A DNA stretch of 64,000 nt, from positions 5,702 through 69,701 of the forward strand of contig CBFIIW010000013.1 in the NCBI GenBank assembly GCA_965662775.1, in the 5' to 3' direction. A program made the translations under genes and the position numbers. The notes under the pieces are model-generated. The model searched no databases and had not been told where the DNA came from. It saw nothing but the letters and a program-made list of their open reading frames with translations. The first letter of the stretch is position 1. Every line of letters starts with the position of its first letter. Below are positions 60,133 to 64,000 of the stretch, one piece after another. Source of the stretch: Alphaproteobacteria bacterium (GTDB lineage Bacteria > Pseudomonadota > Alphaproteobacteria > UBA7985).

Positions 60133-61815
60133 TTAACGGCCTGACTTTTTGGGGGTCGCTGTCTTTGACGCAGCCTTCGCCTGCGCGCTGGCGGCCTTGG
60201 TGGCCCGCGTTTCCGCTTTAGCCTGCGCTTCAGCCTGAGCAGCGGCGGCTTTGGCTAACGCGGCAGCAGCATCTTCGGCCGATGCTGCTGCTACTGCGGC
60301 CTCAGCCCTCATTGCCCGCAACTCATCCCGCGTGCCGTCCATACTTTCTAGCAGCTTGCCCAACTGGTCGCCGGTTTCATTGCCTGACAGAATGGCTTGT
60401 AGCCCCTCAAACGCACTTTCCGTCCGACGCGCACTATCACTCACCTCCCGGCTGAGCGAGGCGAGTTGTTCATTGAGCCCGAGGATCGCATCACGGGACT
60501 TCAGCAGCTGTTCAATGTCACCGGTTAATCGGACCATCTTTTGCTGAGATACGGTCGCCTGCTGGAAGTATTGCTCGGACCGCTGGTTCCAGCTCTCCAT
60601 GATGGCATTCATGCGGATATTCGTATCGTTGAGCATGCTCAGCGACGCCAGTTTGCCGTGTTCCTGCTCGCGAGCGCTCTGCTGGTTGTCCTGAACCACG
60701 ACCAGTGCGTTCAGTGCGGCAATCAGACTGGCGTGGTTTTGCGACAGTCCCGCTTCCAGCAATTCCAGTCGGGTGCTGTTGGCAGCGATAGCGGACTGCA
60801 ACTGCTCCATACTCTCCAGCGACGGGCCGGGATTCGCGGCAATTGCCGCAACAGAGGCCTGCGCCTGAGTGGCGGCGGTCAGCGCAGCGTTCAGCGCCGA
60901 CATCTGATCCCCGTCCAGCGCGGCAACGGCTGCCCCGGTGCTGCCTCGAGCCTGTGCATCCTCATCGTCGCCTTTGTTACCGGGCAGACTAAGCCCATAG
61001 GAAGGCGCGCCAGTGGACACGGTTGCATGCTGGTATAGCCAGTTTTCAAGATCGTCGATGAAGCGGCCATGCGCCCGTGATGACTGCTGTTCGAGGAAGC
61101 CGACGATGATCGTTCCGGCAAGGCCGAACAGGGAAGATGAAAAGGCAACACCCATGCTGCCTATGGGGTTTTGGAGGCTTTGGATCATCTGCCGGAACAG
61201 ATCGCCCGTATCCCCGGACGCCGAACCTTCGTTGAGCTGCCCAATCGCGCGCCCAATGTCGCCCACGGTTAGCGTCAGCCCCCAGAAGGTGCCGAACAGC
61301 CCCAGGAAGATCAGCAACTGGAGCAGGTACTGCGATAGATCACGGCGTTCATCGTTGCGCGCCTTAATTGCGTCCATGACGATGGACAGGTTTTCTGCTG
61401 AAAACCGGCTGCGGAAGGATTTGCCCAGCATAATTGACTGCAGCGGAAACAGCAGTTGCGGCATGTCTGCATCGGCGCGCGCGGTGCTTTCGGTATTAGG
61501 GCTTGGGCTTGTGGCTGACGCCCGCTGATCTCCTGATGCGGTGGCTCCACTAAGATGTGTACCATCGACCCACTGCACTGCGCGGCTCAGGCTGACAACC
61601 TCCCAGATGATGAGCCCGGCTGACACAACGGCGACCACCAGAATAGCGCCATTAATGGCGGGCTGGGCCATAAAGAAATCGGTCAGCCGCCCCGCCTGCG
61701 TGTACGCGAGTAGCGCTACAAACACGAGCACAGTGAGAATGATGATCAGCGGTACAATGGGGCGGGTCAGCACCCTGGTCTGATCGATGGGGGTCGCGGC
61801 GTTTTCTTCAGTCAT
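60133..61815 (-). CDS. MotA/TolQ/ExbB-family channel protein with a long C-terminal helical tail
   Basis: Four TM helices; FLGLFGTFWGL and GVAFSSSLFGL motifs; stop codon abuts the MotB-like ATG. Confidence 0.88.
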   Translation of the reverse strand: MTEENAATPIDQTRVLTRPIVPLIIILTVLVFVALLAYTQAGRLTDFFMAQPAINGAILVVAVVSAGLIIWEVVSLSRAVQWVDGTHLSGATASGDQRASATSPSPNTESTARADADMPQLLFPLQSIMLGKSFRSRFSAENLSIVMDAIKARNDERRDLSQYLLQLLIFLGLFGTFWGLTLTVGDIGRAIGQLNEGSASGDTGDLFRQMIQSLQNPIGSMGVAFSSSLFGLAGTIIVGFLEQQSSRAHGRFIDDLENWLYQHATVSTGAPSYGLSLPGNKGDDEDAQARGSTGAAVAALDGDQMSALNAALTAATQAQASVAAIAANPGPSLESMEQLQSAIAANSTRLELLEAGLSQNHASLIAALNALVVVQDNQQSAREQEHGKLASLSMLNDTNIRMNAIMESWNQRSEQYFQQATVSQQKMVRLTGDIEQLLKSRDAILGLNEQLASLSREVSDSARRTESAFEGLQAILSGNETGDQLGKLLESMDGTRDELRAMRAEAAVAAASAEDAAAALAKAAAAQAEAQAKAETRATKAASAQAKAASKTATPKKSGR

Positions 61816-61953
61816 CCCATTCTGGTACCGTGCTCTGTCTGGTTTGGCACGCTCTTTATCGGTACTTTGCGGTCGTTGTCGCCGCCTAATAGGGCGAAGT
61901 CATGGCAGCAGGTGAAAAACCCCGCGCGTTCAATCTGCGAGATTTAGAAATGG

Positions 61954-61990
61954 AAAAGCCCTCGAGCGCAGGCGCGATCAAGGGCTTTTT
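61954..61990. terminator. Terminator-like hairpin downstream of the OmpA-like gene
   Basis: AAAAGCCCT...AGGGCTTTTT. Confidence 0.65.
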
Positions 61991-62050
61991 GGAGAGAAAA
62001 GCGGAGCCAGAGGCAGAGCGGGATGCTCTGGTTTCGGGCCGTCCGTGACG

Positions 62051-63631
62051 TCAGTTTGCCTTCAGCACCAGCGCGTTGGAAGGCTGAGAACCATTCGGCA
62101 GCAAGGTGTCGCGGGTGATCATATTGTCATCCACACCAGCTTCAGTGAGGGCGTGCAGGGCGCGAAGCACCCGTCCCTTCACGATGCGGAGTGCAGCGGT
62201 ATCATCGCTCAAATCCGCATCAGCATAGCCGATAACCTGAATGCCCTTTCCCGCGGCGGCGCATTGCTCGCCAAAGGCGCGGATCTGCGATGCCTGTGCG
62301 TTGGAGAAGCGGTTGGAGCCGTCATTGAACTGTACCAATATTCCCTGTGCGTCACAGGCGCCGACGCCGGTCCCGGACCCGCTGGCAGCGGGTGCTGCTG
62401 CTGGAACAGATGGTGTAACCGATGTATCGGCAGCACTCGCTGCTTCGTCAGCGGCGGATAGTGAGCGGTTGCCGGAGACAAAGACTGTTGAGTCATCGCC
62501 ACCACTGTCGCCGCTGCTCGCTGCGCTACTCGAACTCCCGCTGGCCGTCAGATCGCGGTTGCTGCTGCTGACCAGCGTATTGGCGTCGCTAGTGCCCGCG
62601 ATTTGGGGCGTGGTTGCGCCCGGTGTCGCGGCGCTTTCTGTAATCCGACTAAAGGATTGTACAGCATCCTTGGTCTCGTTCACGGGCGAACCTGTGTTCG
62701 CGCCTACTGGGTCGGCGATGCCCGACTGATCCGTTGGGAAGGGCTCGATTACGTTTTCCCGCAGTGCGGCAGTCTGTTCGGCAGACGCGTCCGCTGCGAG
62801 CACCAGATATTCAGGCGCGCCTGGACGGATGTTAGGCACCGGTCCAGCGTAGCGCTCCGCGATCGGGAATGTACCGAGCATGGCAAAATTGTTGGCAAAG
62901 CTGTCGACACCGCTGCGTGCTGCTGCGGCGATGGAAGCCGCCTGATCAGACCTCACCGATGGGATCGGCATAGGGTTCGAAAGTCCGGCACCGGGCAACT
63001 GGTTGGTGTAGTCCGGGCCGACGATCGGCAGATCATTGCCGTAGGACACCAGAATAGATCCGCCGTAGGCGTTCACTGTCGTTCCGGCGTTGCCGTAGCC
63101 ACTGCGCAGGTTGGTGACTGGGCCAGACGTTACGGGCACGCCGTTCACGATTGCGACCGCCGTCAGACCAGTGTCCATCCCCGCCGGCGTGGTCAGCAGC
63201 GGTGGTGCCGCGACCAGCGGCGTAACAGTTGTAACAGTGGTCGTAGAGCCGTTCCCGTCCGCGGGCAGGCTCACCAGCGAAGATCCGCCATCCATTGCAG
63301 CCGGGTTTGGGGTCAGCACAACTTGAACCCCTGCGAGAGTCACGGGTTGACCCACAGCCTGACCCGCGAGCATCGCTGCTTCTTCGGGGCTAAGGAAGGC
63401 AAACCCCTGATCACTCGCTGTCGGCAGCGCCGTGTTGGTGTTTCGGGAGCTATAGGCCGTCGCGTCATAGGTCGGCGTGGTGGCTTGCTGCAGCACGCTG
63501 CTTGCTGGTGGTGCAAGAAGATCGGGCGAAGGAACAGAACCGGGCTGAAAAAAATCCTGAGCCTTTGCCGGGAGGGACAGCAGGCTAGACCCAAGGGCGA
63601 TGCTGAGAATTAGGGCTCTCGGCTGGTTCAT
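62051..63631 (-). CDS. Exported low-complexity protein with a degenerate C-terminal OmpA-like domain
   Basis: Signal peptide ending AKA-Q; Ser/Thr/Ala/Pro-rich body; VQFNDGS....IQVIGYAD...R..R....L..AGV. Alternative start 63679 (AAGGAG SD). Confidence 0.7.
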   Translation of the reverse strand: MNQPRALILSIALGSSLLSLPAKAQDFFQPGSVPSPDLLAPPASSVLQQATTPTYDATAYSSRNTNTALPTASDQGFAFLSPEEAAMLAGQAVGQPVTLAGVQVVLTPNPAAMDGGSSLVSLPADGNGSTTTVTTVTPLVAAPPLLTTPAGMDTGLTAVAIVNGVPVTSGPVTNLRSGYGNAGTTVNAYGGSILVSYGNDLPIVGPDYTNQLPGAGLSNPMPIPSVRSDQAASIAAAARSGVDSFANNFAMLGTFPIAERYAGPVPNIRPGAPEYLVLAADASAEQTAALRENVIEPFPTDQSGIADPVGANTGSPVNETKDAVQSFSRITESAATPGATTPQIAGTSDANTLVSSSNRDLTASGSSSSAASSGDSGGDDSTVFVSGNRSLSAADEAASAADTSVTPSVPAAAPAASGSGTGVGACDAQGILVQFNDGSNRFSNAQASQIRAFGEQCAAAGKGIQVIGYADADLSDDTAALRIVKGRVLRALHALTEAGVDDNMITRDTLLPNGSQPSNALVLKAN

Positions 63632-64000
63632 TCTCGTCCTCATTAAGTCATGGTTCGACGACCTTTGGCGACTCCGCATGCGCGACTCCTTGCGCTCTGG
63701 GACACACCAACTGCTGTCCATAGCAGCCTAATTCGTCGAAAATACGATAATATCCTGGCCGGTTATGACTAAAAATCTCTGCGCTTTCAACACTTTCGCG
63801 CCCAAGACTGGCTCAATTTTGAATTATTCTCAGCAATTGAACGACTTTTTCGACTCTGGAGCGGTAACTTTGGTTTATGCGCCCGATTTTGGCCTTACTA
63901 GCTGTAATAACTGATCGTATATCATTGGTGCTGCTGCGATTATCGACCGGTCCGAAACGATTCGGTTACCACCTTCAAAGTCGGTGACCCGGCCCCCGGC

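Noticed and set aside
57832-61815. Complete Zorya anti-phage system or flagellar stator
   Set aside because: No zorC/D/E-like, other defence or flagellar genes are adjacent; the context is housekeeping (rpmE, ibpA).

Overview
GC-rich alphaproteobacterial chromosome segment (Rhodospirillales-like gene content; taxonomy is inferred), mostly core genome. In order: 3' part of rpoB, rpoC, VOC and AstE/AspA-family genes, uvrD-prmA, ruvCAB-ybgC-tolQRAB-pal-cpoB-tilS-ftsH-folP, an OmpR/HisKA two-component pair, tRNA-Thr(CGT) followed by a ~4-kb accessory islet with no integrase, apt, metA plus its P-loop partner, etfBA, ubiG/lysC, an rpoH paralogue, mgpS-hslR-terC-fdxA-carD, COQ9/rpsU/ABC1/pepF, trcR, ibpA with a ROSE thermometer, rpmE, and an orphan MotA-like/MotB-like pair preceded by an OmpA-like protein. 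No CRISPR array, rRNA, transposase or prophage was seen. Best leads: (1) an orphan MotAB/ZorAB-type ion motor with very long coiled coils; (2) clustered substitutions of normally near-invariant residues in the RNA polymerase F-loop/bridge-helix cap, plus similar acidic tails on beta and beta'; (3) a symmetric REPIN/MITE-like palindrome built on GCGAAGC minihairpins; (4) an XRE regulator whose palindromic operator recurs upstream of an unannotated 49-aa DUF465 gene. All calls come from manual motif reading; no searches were run.
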